Origin: Eledone cirrhosa
Taxonomy: Eukaryota
Direction: 5' to 3'
Assembly: GCA_964016885.1 (NCBI GenBank)
Contig: OZ024741.1
Span: forward strand, 240,188,001 to 240,252,000
Length of the DNA: 64,000 nt
The position numbers and the translations under genes were made by a program. Position 1 is the first letter of the stretch; every line of letters starts with the position of its first letter. The notes below the pieces were generated by a model. It was not told the origin of the DNA and did not search any database. It saw only the letters and a program-made list of their open reading frames with translations. Shown here piece after piece: positions 38,692 through 50,904 of this stretch.

Positions 38692-38896
38692 CCCTCTAGC
38701 ATTTAAACCGGCTGTAGCCGGCCAGAATTCGCTCACCTCTTTCTGTTCAAACCGGCTGTAACTAGCTGCTCATACATATGTTAAGGTATTATTCTCAAAA
38801 TAAATATCAAAATCTCATAGATTCGATATTATGTGAGATAAAGCCTTTACCATGAAAGTATAATAGTATATATAGAATAATGTAAATGCTAAAGGG
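38692..38896. mobile_element. piggyBac-type MITE
   Basis: TIRs ccctctagcattta / taaatgctaaaggg, flanked by TTAA on both sides (38688-38691, 38897-38900). Confidence 0.8.
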
Positions 38897-39879
38897 TTAA
38901 ATAGTTATCCAAAGTATTTAGCTTTAATACAAACAACAACTGATATATGAATATGAATACCTCCATGTATTTCTAGAATGTATTTCTAAAGCATGAAAAC
39001 ATGTTTTATATTATCAGCCTGAAGAAATGGACATTGTTTAATGCATATGGAATAATGGGATTATATTAGAAAGATGAAGATGAATAATATAATGTGAATG
39101 TTGGGGAATCTGAGAAACAGATGTAAATGTAATAGTTCAGTTCAAGTGAATATTTAAAGTAACAAAACAGATTAATGTAAACAGCAAATATGAAATCAAC
39201 CTTAAAGTAAAGTAAATTATAATCTCCAATCTTAAGTTTAATTTCCATATATTTGAAATTAAGCCCATATTTCAACAATGCAATATAAACACTTTTTCCA
39301 ATAAAAATTAAAATACTGAAAAATATGATAGAAAAATTTAAATTAAAGCTATATGGAAATAAATAAACTTAATAGTACATATTACAATTATTTAAATGCA
39401 GATATGTTTTAAAAGGAAACACAGAGTATAAATGATATATTCAATATTATAAAAAATCCAGAGATGGTCTTTCACGTCATATTATTCTCTACAACATGGC
39501 GTCATTTCTACATTTTTCCATGTCCACCATTCTCATTAACCCAAATCTACAACACATCATTAGCTCATCAGTGCTAACGCTCTTTACACTGTTACTACAT
39601 ATGATCACAATGTAGCATATTAATTCATATTTTGTATCATTATATTTTAACATTATACCATCTACAACATCTAGACACATTCATTACAACAAAACCAAAC
39701 ACACACAACAATACTATGGACTTTTCTCCATCGTTGCTAATCCAAATATGTAACATATATCTAGATATTAATAATTTTGTTTCAATGGAATACAGTCTCA
39801 ATATTAAACATTTTAACCAACATCAGCCAATTAATTGTGATATAAAACAATATGGACAACATTACTGAAAAAATATGTC

Positions 39880-40440
39880 TAAATTATTGTAAATCTCTTT
39901 GTTCTCAAGTTAATATTAAATATGTTAGAACAATATCTTACAGATTTACTAAGATTTAGTATATAAAATGAGATTATAAAATGAGATTAAATAGAAACTT
40001 ACCTCTTTAATAATTATATCATTGGTTATTCAGTGAGAATAGAAAGACGTATTGTTGTAGAAAGCTCCATTGTAAGTGCTGCTGTAATGGTGTGTGACAA
40101 TGGCTGTATGTTGATGGAGTAGTGTAGCACGTCAGGCAGATAGTCTGCTGCTAGGATAGGGTTGTGTGTGTTATTGAAGTTCTATGTTTGTGGCAGTACA
40201 TCCCTCTAATAATATTGTGTATGTATTTATCCTTAAAGATGATGTTTGTTTACTGTTATCAATAACTATTTACATATATATAGATATATATTTAAATAAC
40301 TACAATATTCTATATAGTTAAACATAACATGTTTGGTTTAATAACATCAGTAATGTCAATGTTTCTCTTTGTTAGTGATTTCTGTCTATGTTTTGGTGAG
40401 AATCTGATTGGTTGAATGACCTAAACGGAAGACCAATGAT
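39880..40440 (-). promoter_or_regulatory. Conserved promoter + non-coding exon 1 of unit 5 (donor at 40003/40002; CCAAT 40407-40411, 40433-40437)
   Basis: Near-identical core. Similarity ends just beyond the distal CCAAT. Confidence 0.78.
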
Positions 40441-41567
40441 AATGTTCCCTTTCACTATTGATTTTATAGTTTCAATTTTACAAATGAATTAAATTTAAAA
40501 TTAAATTTAAATATATATTTATTATAAATCAAAGACTTTCAAGTAAACTATGTTTATAAAAAAAAATCATATTTTGAAAACATGAATAGTTAGCCAATTT
40601 AATTCTTTCTTACAATCTTAAGACCACAATAGGGATTCTACTGGAACCTATGGTATATGTACATTGTCATTATCATCACGCTTTAGATGATAACAATGAT
40701 ATATACCACATCTGTTTATATATTTGTATAATCCCTTAGAGTTGGTGTTCTTTGACAGAATGACACTCCTTCTTTATATAATCTTAATTTCCATTTCCTG
40801 TTGTATCTAGATACAATTTGGAGTCAAGTGAATGGAATTATAAGTTATTGAAAAATCTATGCTACATGCTATAAAGCCTCAAAATACATTTTCTACTCAA
40901 CAACCCTTTTCTTAGTTTTACTTTCCTCAACATTATGCTCAGTAGACTGTACACCATGTGTTTAGGTAAAATCTCCAAACATAGAAAACTATGAACCACA
41001 GTTATAGTTTCATTTTAAATCTTCTACAATAGCTCTTCATTATAGCATAGCATATTGAATTGATGTGTGCACCTATTTGAGCAGTTATCTGTGCTTTATA
41101 CAAATGCAGGCATGACTGAATGTTTAAAAAGTTTACTTCACAATTATGAAGTTCCCGGTTTGATCACTCTATGATATCTTTTAGTAAAGCTTCATGATTG
41201 AAATTAGCCAGAAACTGTTTAGAAGCCCAGGGAATGAAGAGTACCTATATTTTCAAAGGTCCAGTCTTGTCACACACTGTGTCGTGCTGAATCTTCTTGA
41301 AAATCATATTAAGAGTGTAGTGTAGAATAGAAGGCATGTGCCTATAGAATACAAAGCCATTTACAGAGTAATTAAATGAGGATGTAGTTCTGTTAATTGA
41401 ACAACTCATTGTCAAAACCAATAGAGGTGCATTCATTTACATTATTTTATACATGCACATATACATATAAAGATGTGACCTATTTGGCATGTTGACATAT
41501 TTATATACAGTAAATGAGTAAATTTATATACACATTCTGTGTATATACAGAAATAACTTTATTATAT

Positions 41568-41596
<29 letters not shown>

Positions 41597-41603
<7 letters not shown>

Positions 41604-41780
41604 TATCAGCATCGTTTAACGTCTATGTTCCATGCCATCATGGGTAGGATAGGCTGTGCCTTTGTGAGAGATCAGGTCAGAGGATCTTGTTTCACTCAGA
41701 CAGAAGTGATTTGGGCTTGGTTTCTATGGCTGGATGCACTTCCTAACGCCAACCACATTTTCAGTGTGTGTGCTGGGTAT
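41597..41780 (-). mobile_element. RTE/SINE 3'-end fragment inside an (AT)n tract
   Basis: gtttaacgtctatgttccatg...tttctatggctggatgcacttcctaacgccaacc, same family as 20110-20250. Confidence 0.6.
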
Positions 41781-42074
41781 ATATATATATCTATATGTCA
41801 TATTAGAACTAAAAAAATGATGCCCTTTCAATTTGTTTACTAAGCCTGTTTATAATCATAGCATGTTAACATTAATTTAACTAATCCAATCTGTTAATAT
41901 TGTAATTTTGTTTTGTTTTTTAAGTATCAAATAAGGAAAATAACTGATTCTTATTTTGATTATTTTATTGAAAACATCAAATATCCATTCTCATTTAAAT
42001 GAACACTACAAAAAACATAAACTGGGCATGAACTAATCTTGACTGTACAGAGTACACACACACACATATATATA

Positions 42075-42160
42075 TACAAAGAGTGTCCCCAAAGAATGTA
42101 TACACATATATATTAGAATACTATTGTAGTGTGTATATATTTTTTTTAGGTCAGCCTGTA
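42075..42160. mobile_element. Degenerate Tc1/mariner-type MITE
   Basis: Imperfect TIRs tacaaagagtgtccccaaagaatgtatacac / gtgtatatattttttttaggtcagcctgta with TA ends. Confidence 0.4.
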
Positions 42161-42546
42161 AATATATATATATTCTACAATGTGCAATGAAATGTTCAGC
42201 AGAATTTATTAACCTGAAGAAAGCGAGAAGCTTTTCAAACTAAGTGCAGTTTTTGTATGTAAATTATTTGAAAATAACAAGCTGAAACTTGTTATAATAT
42301 AGCTTAAATAAAAAAACTAACATAGTATTTATGAATGTTGATAGTTACAAGAGTTGAGAAGGTAGCAAAACTATAGGGATTTTCAGGAATTGACTGAAGA
42401 AAAGGGACTGTTTTTCTGTTGACTTTGTCTTATGTGCACCCTGCCCTTTTTGATTCATATTATAAATATATATACAAGTAAGTTTGTTTTAAAACAGCGA
42501 GTGAAGTTGAAAATAGAAATAGAAGCTTTTATTATATTTTTTTTTA

Positions 42547-42610
42547 CTAAAGAAATGGAAAAAAGATGAGTATTGACATATGTCAATACTCATCTTTTTT
42601 CATTTCTTAG
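42547..42610. repeat. Spacer-less palindrome (44-bp perfect core 42558-42601)
   Basis: gaaaaaagatgagtattgacat|atgtcaatactcatcttttttc, extended by agaaatg/catttct. Confidence 0.9.
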
Positions 42611-42854
42611 AGGGCTCTAAACCCCACTACCAGGCTAATATATATATATATATAACACACACACATCTCATCATTATTTAACATCTGTTTTCTCTAAGGG
42701 TTGTATGTATGTACACGTACACATACACAAACATGTATACATACATACACATATATATATTTAAGAAAAATACACATCTGAGACCAAGGTTAACATATTT
42801 ATCTCTGAATCTATGTACACTAATATATTATATTATGGTAACTTTCATATGTAG

Positions 42855-42925
42855 TTACACATAATTTATGTATGCTTCTTCATAGGATTCCTTTGAATCA
42901 AGTAGTTCTTTATATATAGTTTGAT
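42855..42925 (-). CDS. Unit 6 divergent exon 4 (D-QTIYKELLDSKESYEEAYINYV*)
   Basis: Strong acceptor ttttttcctttttgacttccag|, phase 1, open frame homologous to exon 4 of units 2-5; expression unknown. Confidence 0.65.
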
Positions 42926-43398
42926 CTGGAAGTCAAAAAGGAAAAAATAGAAATTCACACATTCATCACAATTAGGTATATACATTTTCTTGATCTAAAA
43001 ATATGACAAAGTATAGACATTACACCAAACTACACAGTATATAATATAATTTTCTTCAAAACCATAAGAATTTATTATAATGTGCTTAGCCAGTTGACCT
43101 AATACTTATATAAGACAGGAAAATGAACTGACTGATTTAAATCAATGTATACTACTCAAATACATTAAGGTACCTCCAATGGATTTACATGTAAATTATG
43201 CAGTAAGATACCTGGATTTTATTTCAACTTAATAAGAGATGAAAAATGTTTGCCTTGGAAAACAATGAACAGTGGAAGTAATTTACTTTTTAAAAAGCAA
43301 TTTAGAATGATTTTTAAGAGCTATTAACTGAAAACAAAAAATATCTGTCACCACTCGGGATGATAACAAAATAAAATATAACCAAAGAAGTTATTAAC

Positions 43399-43564
43399 CT
43401 GATATTCCTGGTATTTCTTCATAATGTTTCATATCACCTTCATTCAATACACGTCTACTACTTCTCTTAGATGACATTGTATCTGATGTATAGTTACAAA
43501 CTATAGGAGGATTATCTTCCACAGCATCATCACTTGATGTCACCACAACAGGTTGACAATATTT
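43399..43564 (-). CDS. Unit 6 exon 3 (intact, ...HYEEIPGIS)
   Basis: 166 nt, both splice sites intact. Confidence 0.65.
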
Positions 43565-43747
43565 CTGTTGACAAATAAACCAAGAGAAATGTGAGGAGAC
43601 ATCAAACAATCCTAGTTACAATAAACATGTAGTTTACAATTTAATATTGGACTATATTATTGAAGATAAAACATTGTTAAAATAATCGTATTGTTTATCT
43701 TTTACATATAAAGTGAAGATAGAAAATATTTTAATCTTTTCACTTAC

Positions 43748-44719
43748 TGGGGTAGGTTTTGGTAAAGTTCTTGACTGAACTGAAGCTTCATATTTATTCT
43801 GTAGCTGACCTTCTGAATAACATTCACTCTTTGATCTCTCAGAATATATATTTCTTTTTATCATCTCTTCTGTATTCCTTGACATAGCAACAGGATTGTT
43901 AGACTGATACAACAATTGTTTCATCTCTGTTCTACCTTGGTATGCTGTAGTCTTTGTTGTAGTAGCTGTGTTATCTCTGTGTTTAATACATTTCATTATA
44001 CACAGTGTTATAGAAACAACAATAGCCACTGATACTATTACTGCTGATGATACAATGATAATAACCCATGTCATATGGACTCTACCTGAAGATTGTATAG
44101 GTACACTTTTCAACATTGGTGATGTCTCATTACTAACAGCCAATACCAAAGTCACACTAGTTGTTGATGACTGAACTGGACTACCACTGTCTTTTACAAC
44201 AAACTTTAGTTCATAACTTCCAGCATCATTTAGATAAACTTGTCTGGAGAATGATAAAGCACCACTGTGTGAGTTCATAGTAAACAACTGTTTATTATTT
44301 CCTTGTATGATTCCATATGAGGAAAGCATTGTTTCCACTGTCACCATCAGATGCTCTCAAAACTGTGATGTCACTCTTACTCTGGGGATGGTAGTGGACA
44401 TTTAGGGTGTAAGGGTTAACACTAGGAAAGGTGAAATATGGAACATTGTCATTTTGATCTAAAATCTCAACAACAACATTGGCTGTCATTCAGAGATGGA
44501 CTTCCATTATCTTTGACAAAAACAAATTTATACACATCTTGTCTAATGAAATAAAGCCATAACTGGTGATCTTTATGTAGCAGAGAATATGTGAGTTGTC
44601 CAGCAGATCCAAGATGAGGGTCAGTGGCATTGACAAAACCAATAGGAAAGTCTTTATCTTTGCTTTCATAGGTCAGGAATAGGAATGTATCTTTGGTAAA
44701 CTATGGTTATACATCATTG
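43748..44719 (-). pseudogene. Protocadherin unit 6, 5'-truncated and frameshifted large exon (EC5-EC6-TM only)
   Basis: Homology ends at ~44719 (EC4/EC5 linker). Six small deletions between ~44315 and 44575. 43748-44315 nearly identical to the intact units. Confidence 0.88.
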
Positions 44720-45979
44720 GATAAAGTTTAAAGGGTAGGAATGGAAGTTGACATTGTAATACCAAATACTACTGGCTTAAGGACTCAACATGTCGAAAAC
44801 TGATTGTATATAATCGATCTGATATAATAAACTTCAAAAAACAAAAAGTAACTGTCTGAATGTGGAGAATCCACTCCTCATGAAACAACCGTACAATTGA
44901 AGAATTTTTGAAGAGTTATCTCCCTTATTTTTGTTAATAGTGAATAGTTGAGAATTAATTATTCCGTGCGTGATTATTTTACTAAACCTTTTGTAAAATA
45001 TCTAAAATTGGGAAACCCCTTTTATAAGTTCTTTTTAAACACAGTTTTTTTTTTCTTGCTTTTCATATGCATTTTGGCTTTAGTTAATTTTTTTTTCCGA
45101 TTGATAGCACAATTTTGAAATGTAGCCGTCCCAAACGATTCTAGTAATAGTCAATCACTATAAATAAATAGTTGAAAAATTCGATAAAGTACTCTTGGAG
45201 ACGGAAAAAGGTGGACAGACGCACCTGCAAGGAATCGAATCACACATCTCTAGGTTTCTGTACGAGTGCATTAGCTGTTATGCAAAGTGGCCCCTGGTCA
45301 CTGATTTACCATCTTTTAAAAGATTTTAAGTTTACTATTTATAGTGATCAGCTGTTACTATAGTCATTTACATTCAGGTCGACAATTTCCCAATGAATCT
45401 CACATCAACTGCATGATACTATAATTTTATTTATTAGATAAAAATTCATATAGTAAATGGTATAGAGATATAGTCAAGTCATTTCACTGCATTATATTAT
45501 GATGAATTATTTTCTTGACCATAAGTTGTAAAAGATTCCTGCTGAGATTAGGAAACATACTTTAAACTAGATTTTTGTTCTAAGTGAAAACGACTTTTAC
45601 AATTAGCATTTCAACCATTGTCATCTCATCTTCATAGTAAGGTATATCTTGTATTTTTTTTAAAGAGGGTATTACTCAATGCAACAAATAATTAAACAAA
45701 GATGAAAAGATTGAAATTGTTTTAAACCAACATTTTAAATATCATAGTTAAAGTCCATCCCAAGTACAGAGGATGAACAGGTCAGTGCTATCCCAGTTTT
45801 ATTGGCATTAAACAACTAAGAATTCAAAACTTCCCCCCTGGACAGGACACCACTCCATTGCAGAGTTAACTCCAAGCTACTATTTGTATTCATTTGATAT
45901 AATTATTTCTGCTAAAAATACATATCTTAACAATCTAATATTGACATTATTATTTCTACAAGCGTGGTGAATTGACATA

Positions 45980-48900
45980 TCAAATTGTTTTCTCTCAGCC
46001 TAGTCACATGGTTCATGTGGGCCAAGGGCAGCACCTTCCTCTTTACCTTTACTTTTCTCCTCATATGGTATTTGAAGAAGTTGATAAGGGCTTGTCCTGA
46101 AAAGAAAAGCTATGTTCTCAAACCTTTCAGCTGTGCCCACCAAACAACTTCCTTTGCCATAGTAACCAGAGGAAAACTGCCTGCTTTTCCCTGTTAGTTG
46201 TACTACCCATCATGCATCTCCAGCTGGTTATCTCCAACAAGCAAAGCCCCCAGTCGTGCCAGGAACTTCTGGAAATTATACATGAAACCTGACTTGAAAG
46301 TTCTTCAGATGCTGCTCAGACAGTTCTTGTAGATACCCAACATTGCTCCCAGGTCATTATTGCTCCTATCTTCTACAAGCCCTCTATAAAATGTAAAGAC
46401 TGAATTTCTGCTGACTACATAGTCCATTTGGTAGAGTGCTGTGAGCACCTGACTTTGGAATGCAGTTCAGTCAATGGGACAATCTGCAGAAAATTGTCAC
46501 ACAAAAGGTAACCACACCTGTTCATCATCATCTGCTAAGAATGTCTGCAGATGTGTCAACCTCAGCACATACCTGCACATCATCAGTAATGGTGTCCTGA
46601 GATTCCCTTGCAGTAAGGTCTAGGCAGATATACCTTCTAACCAGTGGGATCTGTCCCTTTCACAAGAAATGAAACAGCATCTACTTAGGTGTTTCCTGGG
46701 ACAAGACACAGTGACAAGCTAGTAATACATCACTGGAGCAATATATAAATTAGCTACTTCTGCCCAGTTTTCCTCTCATCCTACTTCTAACTAAATGGTT
46801 GATAGGTGGCCATTTATATTTACCACTGAGCAGATGCTGCTGTACATTATTATAATTCATCCTCCGAAGATGAGGCCGAAACTAACTGATCTTGGAGCAG
46901 TTGCTATGTAGTGATGGTTAATCTTTTTACAAGCTTTAGACTGATCAAATCTGAACAGGGGCCCATCAAAGCCAGACATAGTACTGACCTGCTGAACAAT
47001 ATATTATACGAGTTGAAGATTGTCATGGATAGATCTGCACACACCTGTCTGTCTCTGACTAGATTCGTGACACCAAGCCCAATCTTTTGGTAAGTATTTT
47101 TCCTAAAATGTGTAACTGCATTGAGCAGTGTCATGGGCTTGAAACTATTAATTATGTTCTTGTTCGGGTTCATCCTCAGCAAGATATCCAATCCGTGTCT
47201 CACATAACCTGGAATGTTCTCAGTCTGCTGTCTAGACATTAGCAAACTAGTCTGGCATGTAAGAGTAGACCATCCAGTCCTGGCAATTTGTCCATAGCAC
47301 AGCACGTCTGTTCTCACAGCACTTGTCCTCTCTGGTTGAGAGTCATATAAGACCATCTAGATAAGTATTCAAGTCCAATGTTTCCAATTTGTTGTTTCTA
47401 GCAAACAGCTCAGTGAAGTCAGGCAAAATGCCACAAACATCTGATTGAAATTGGATAACACACACCTACTAAGATCCATGTTGCACCTTCACTGCTGGTT
47501 TGTCTAAGTTCACATTGGTGGTGAATGTGAAAAATCCAACCATGTATTGGCTAAATGAAAACATCTGAGCAGGTTGGCAAAGCTTATACACTTCTCTCTG
47601 TTTTACTGCATATGTACATCTGTCTAAGATGCCATTCTAGATACATATTTGAGTGGGATTTTCCTTGGAAGGGTTCTAAACATCAGAAGAGTTTCGATCT
47701 TCCAGCCTTGGTTGGATCATTAGTGGCTATCAGACTAAAAGTAGTACCACTTCCACTGCTACACATGTCAAGGACCATCAGCCTCCCCACAAAATCTAGG
47801 AAGATTGTGCTTAGCTCTGAATCTATGCCTTTCTGAAAAAGCACTACTCCACCACACAACCCAACCTGACTGGAAAAGGTGTAAACCTTGTGGCTAGTTA
47901 GGAGAATGAGCAAGTGTGTCTAGATTTAGTGACCTGAGATAATTGAGCAGGAGTCCTTAATTTTATGCTGACATGCATTGTTACATCTTATTCATAACTG
48001 GCTAGTAAAAGGGTGAGAAAAGTTACTTACCTTGTTTTAAGTGTTGGTAATCGAAAGCTTTAGGATTGTTTTTTTTTCTGGGAATGTTAAATGTCCCTGC
48101 AGCGTCCTCAATTTGGGATTCTTCCAAAAATCTTCTACGTCATATGGAAACCTTCTCAAGAGTTCTGAACAAACACCTTGATTTTGTTTCTATCAGCAGT
48201 CTGTCTATTTTTATTTTCAGGAGGAATTCATTTAAATCTGTCCAACCTACTATGTCTTTGTACAAACTCCATTAACACACTGTTGCTCTTCTCAGTAAAT
48301 ATGAAATTGTAGAGAGCAATTTGTTGCTATTGCAATATTCTTCTGCTTTTAATGTTGTTGCTAGTTTGGTTGCTGCTATTGTTGTTTCTGGTCTTGATTT
48401 TGTTGTTGTTAGCCAGCTGGCTAATTCATTTGATTTGCCACACTTTTTGTTGTTTGGGTGATTTCAGGCTTAGAGATATGGCAATGTGTTTTATCTCACA
48501 CCCACCACTCTCCAATTCTGTCGTCCTATTTATTATTTGCCATATCTCCAACTCTTGTTTGTTATCCTTATGCTATTCATTTGACGTGTTGGAAGGTGTC
48601 ATGATTATGTCTGAATATCTGAACTGGTTCTTGTGTCTGTAGTTGTGTGAATATTGTTTAGTTTTAAGGAGCACTTCATCATGAGCTCCTTCACAGGTAT
48701 TGTTTGTCAGTCTTGTAGTTCTTTTTCAGATTGTTGTTGCTGTTAATTCCATTGGGGTTTAGAAAGCAAAGGGCATCCTCACTTATATTCCTCCTCTCAA
48801 GTGCCATGGTTCTGCTGAAGATGTGGCATTTGAGCTTTCTACCTTCATACACCAATCATATTTGCTTACATTTTTCAACACACAGCCATTCAGGAAAATT

Positions 48901-49480
48901 ACTGATTTTCAGCTGCAATTAAAACCTCAAACTCCATAGATATTTCCATCTGATTTTTCAAGGGGTGTATTTCAGTCCAATGATCTCCCTGTATTCTTTA
49001 ACCATTGCCATTACTTTGACTTGGCCTTAGTGGGGTAGTCCCAGTTACTTTTGTGACACATCCTCCCATTGTATATTCTTGCATGGTGCAGGTTTTAGTA
49101 AAGACTCTGTAAGCTTCCTGCACTCTATGACAAATTGCTCCAACAGTTCCATACTTTCTATCGCTTGCTACTTTACCTACAACATCCCATGTCTCTGCCT
49201 GTGAAGACATGAGAAATTCTAATTTTCGATTTTTTCTGTTAATACATTTGTATTCTACATTTCTTCTGATGGTGCCACCAACATCTTTTACCAACACCAT
49301 GACACCAAGTTGGAAAATATTGCCCTTATATTTTCCTATAGCCTCGTTTTTCCCCTCATGTGAGTGTTGAGACCATGTGTTGGTTCTATTGGCAAATGAG
49401 AGCTGATTCTTTATCACATTACGTTAGTATCATTACTGACATTAGTTTTATTACTTTTGAAGCTATTATTGCAGTAGTGG
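45980..49480 (-). mobile_element. Long degraded Tx1/L1-like LINE
   Basis: 46360-46420 aligns to the 30719 element (FYRGLVE region). Endonuclease-like remnants at 47400-47950 (GGVVL, LIATN). Possible ORF1 remnants above 48 kb. Many stops; boundaries approximate. Confidence 0.55.
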
Positions 49481-49854
49481 TAGCTGTTGTTGCTTTCTTG
49501 ACTATCTTCTATAGCTGCTGAAGAAGGATTGGTATTTGTGACACAATAAACAGTATAGTCTCTCACTTTTCATGACATTATATAACAGCATTTATTTTCT
49601 TTTTAGTTGATTGGATATAATTAGTTTGTTTTTTATTTTAAAGACAACTTCAGAGCAACTAAAACACTGATGCCAACAGTAATGCCAACCATATATGGTT
49701 ACAGAGTGTCTTTTCTTCTAGATAGAGGTTGAAAACTAGCCTAAAACAACAATAAACATCTGAAAATAGTAAACATACATATTATTAAAACATACTCTTG
49801 TTTAATACCATATGATAATGAACAATTCAATTGAAACAGAAATACTAAAATAAT

Positions 49855-50070
49855 GATTTCTAGTTAGGCGCAAGGCCAGTAATTTGGGGGGAGGGGAAAG
49901 TTGATCAAATCAACCCCAGTACGTTACTGGTGCTTTATTTTATCGACCCCGTAAGGATGAAAGGCAAAGTTAACCTCGGCAGGATTTGAACCCAGACCAT
50001 AAAGGGCCGTAACTCTATGCTGCAAAGCATAGTGTCCGACTCTCTACCAATACTGCCAATCCACCACCCT
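49855..50070 (-). mobile_element. tRNA-derived SINE, near full length
   Basis: Reverse complement of the family at 54277-54463; B box GGTTCAAATCC. Confidence 0.8.
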
Positions 50071-50904
50071 GAAATAATAAGAACAGGCATACACAAAAAT
50101 TTTACAAAAGTTCTACATTTTAGAGATAATGTTTATCACTGGTGTTTTGAAACCAGTGCTGGAAATAGGGGTGGTTATGCAGGGGGGATACTGTTTCTCT
50201 ACTTTTTAGTTTTACATGGGATCTCCCCTCCTCTTTCCCAAAATCAGCCTCATGGACCTTAGCATACTCCTGATTCATAACTCCCATTTCCATCACTGCT
50301 ACATTTTGACACTTAGTACTGACAGAGCAGATCTATGATGAAAAGTGTTGAACCTGTGATCACTCCACCTTTATTTCATGTGTTAATATTTCTAGAACTA
50401 CATTACCTTGTATAAATGCCTCCATTTCTTTACTACATTAAGGTGTGATTTGTGTGAGACTTAGTTGCTATTTCTAACATGTCAAGCAACAATATAGAGG
50501 CTGCCCGTTCTCTTTGGCTAGTAGGACAATGATTAAAAGTGTGACCAGTAAATGATCATATCTGACCTTTTATCAATCCAGTGATAGTGAAAATGCACTC
50601 AGTAAAGTATGTGAGATACAGCTGTAGAATATATCAAAACTTGAAGTGAGGTAGTTGTGTTACTGATAGAATAAATGGTGAGAGCCACTTTTGTCATCAT
50701 CACTGTTTTATGTTTAGTTTCCACGGATGTATGGGTTAGACAGTTGTCATGTTCTGAGACTAGGGGAAGTCAGATGACTGTTTCTCATTCATACATTCCA
50801 TTTTAGCATGGTTTCTATGGTTGGATGCCCTTCCTAATGCCAACCACTTCATGACGTGTACCAGGTTTATTTTCTCATGGCATTACCACTATCACTGCAA
50901 AGGG

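Noticed and set aside
43652-44347. 231-aa ORF as a functional short protocadherin
   Set aside because: Its first ten residues come from an out-of-frame ATG created by a 2-nt deletion; no signal peptide or promoter cassette upstream.
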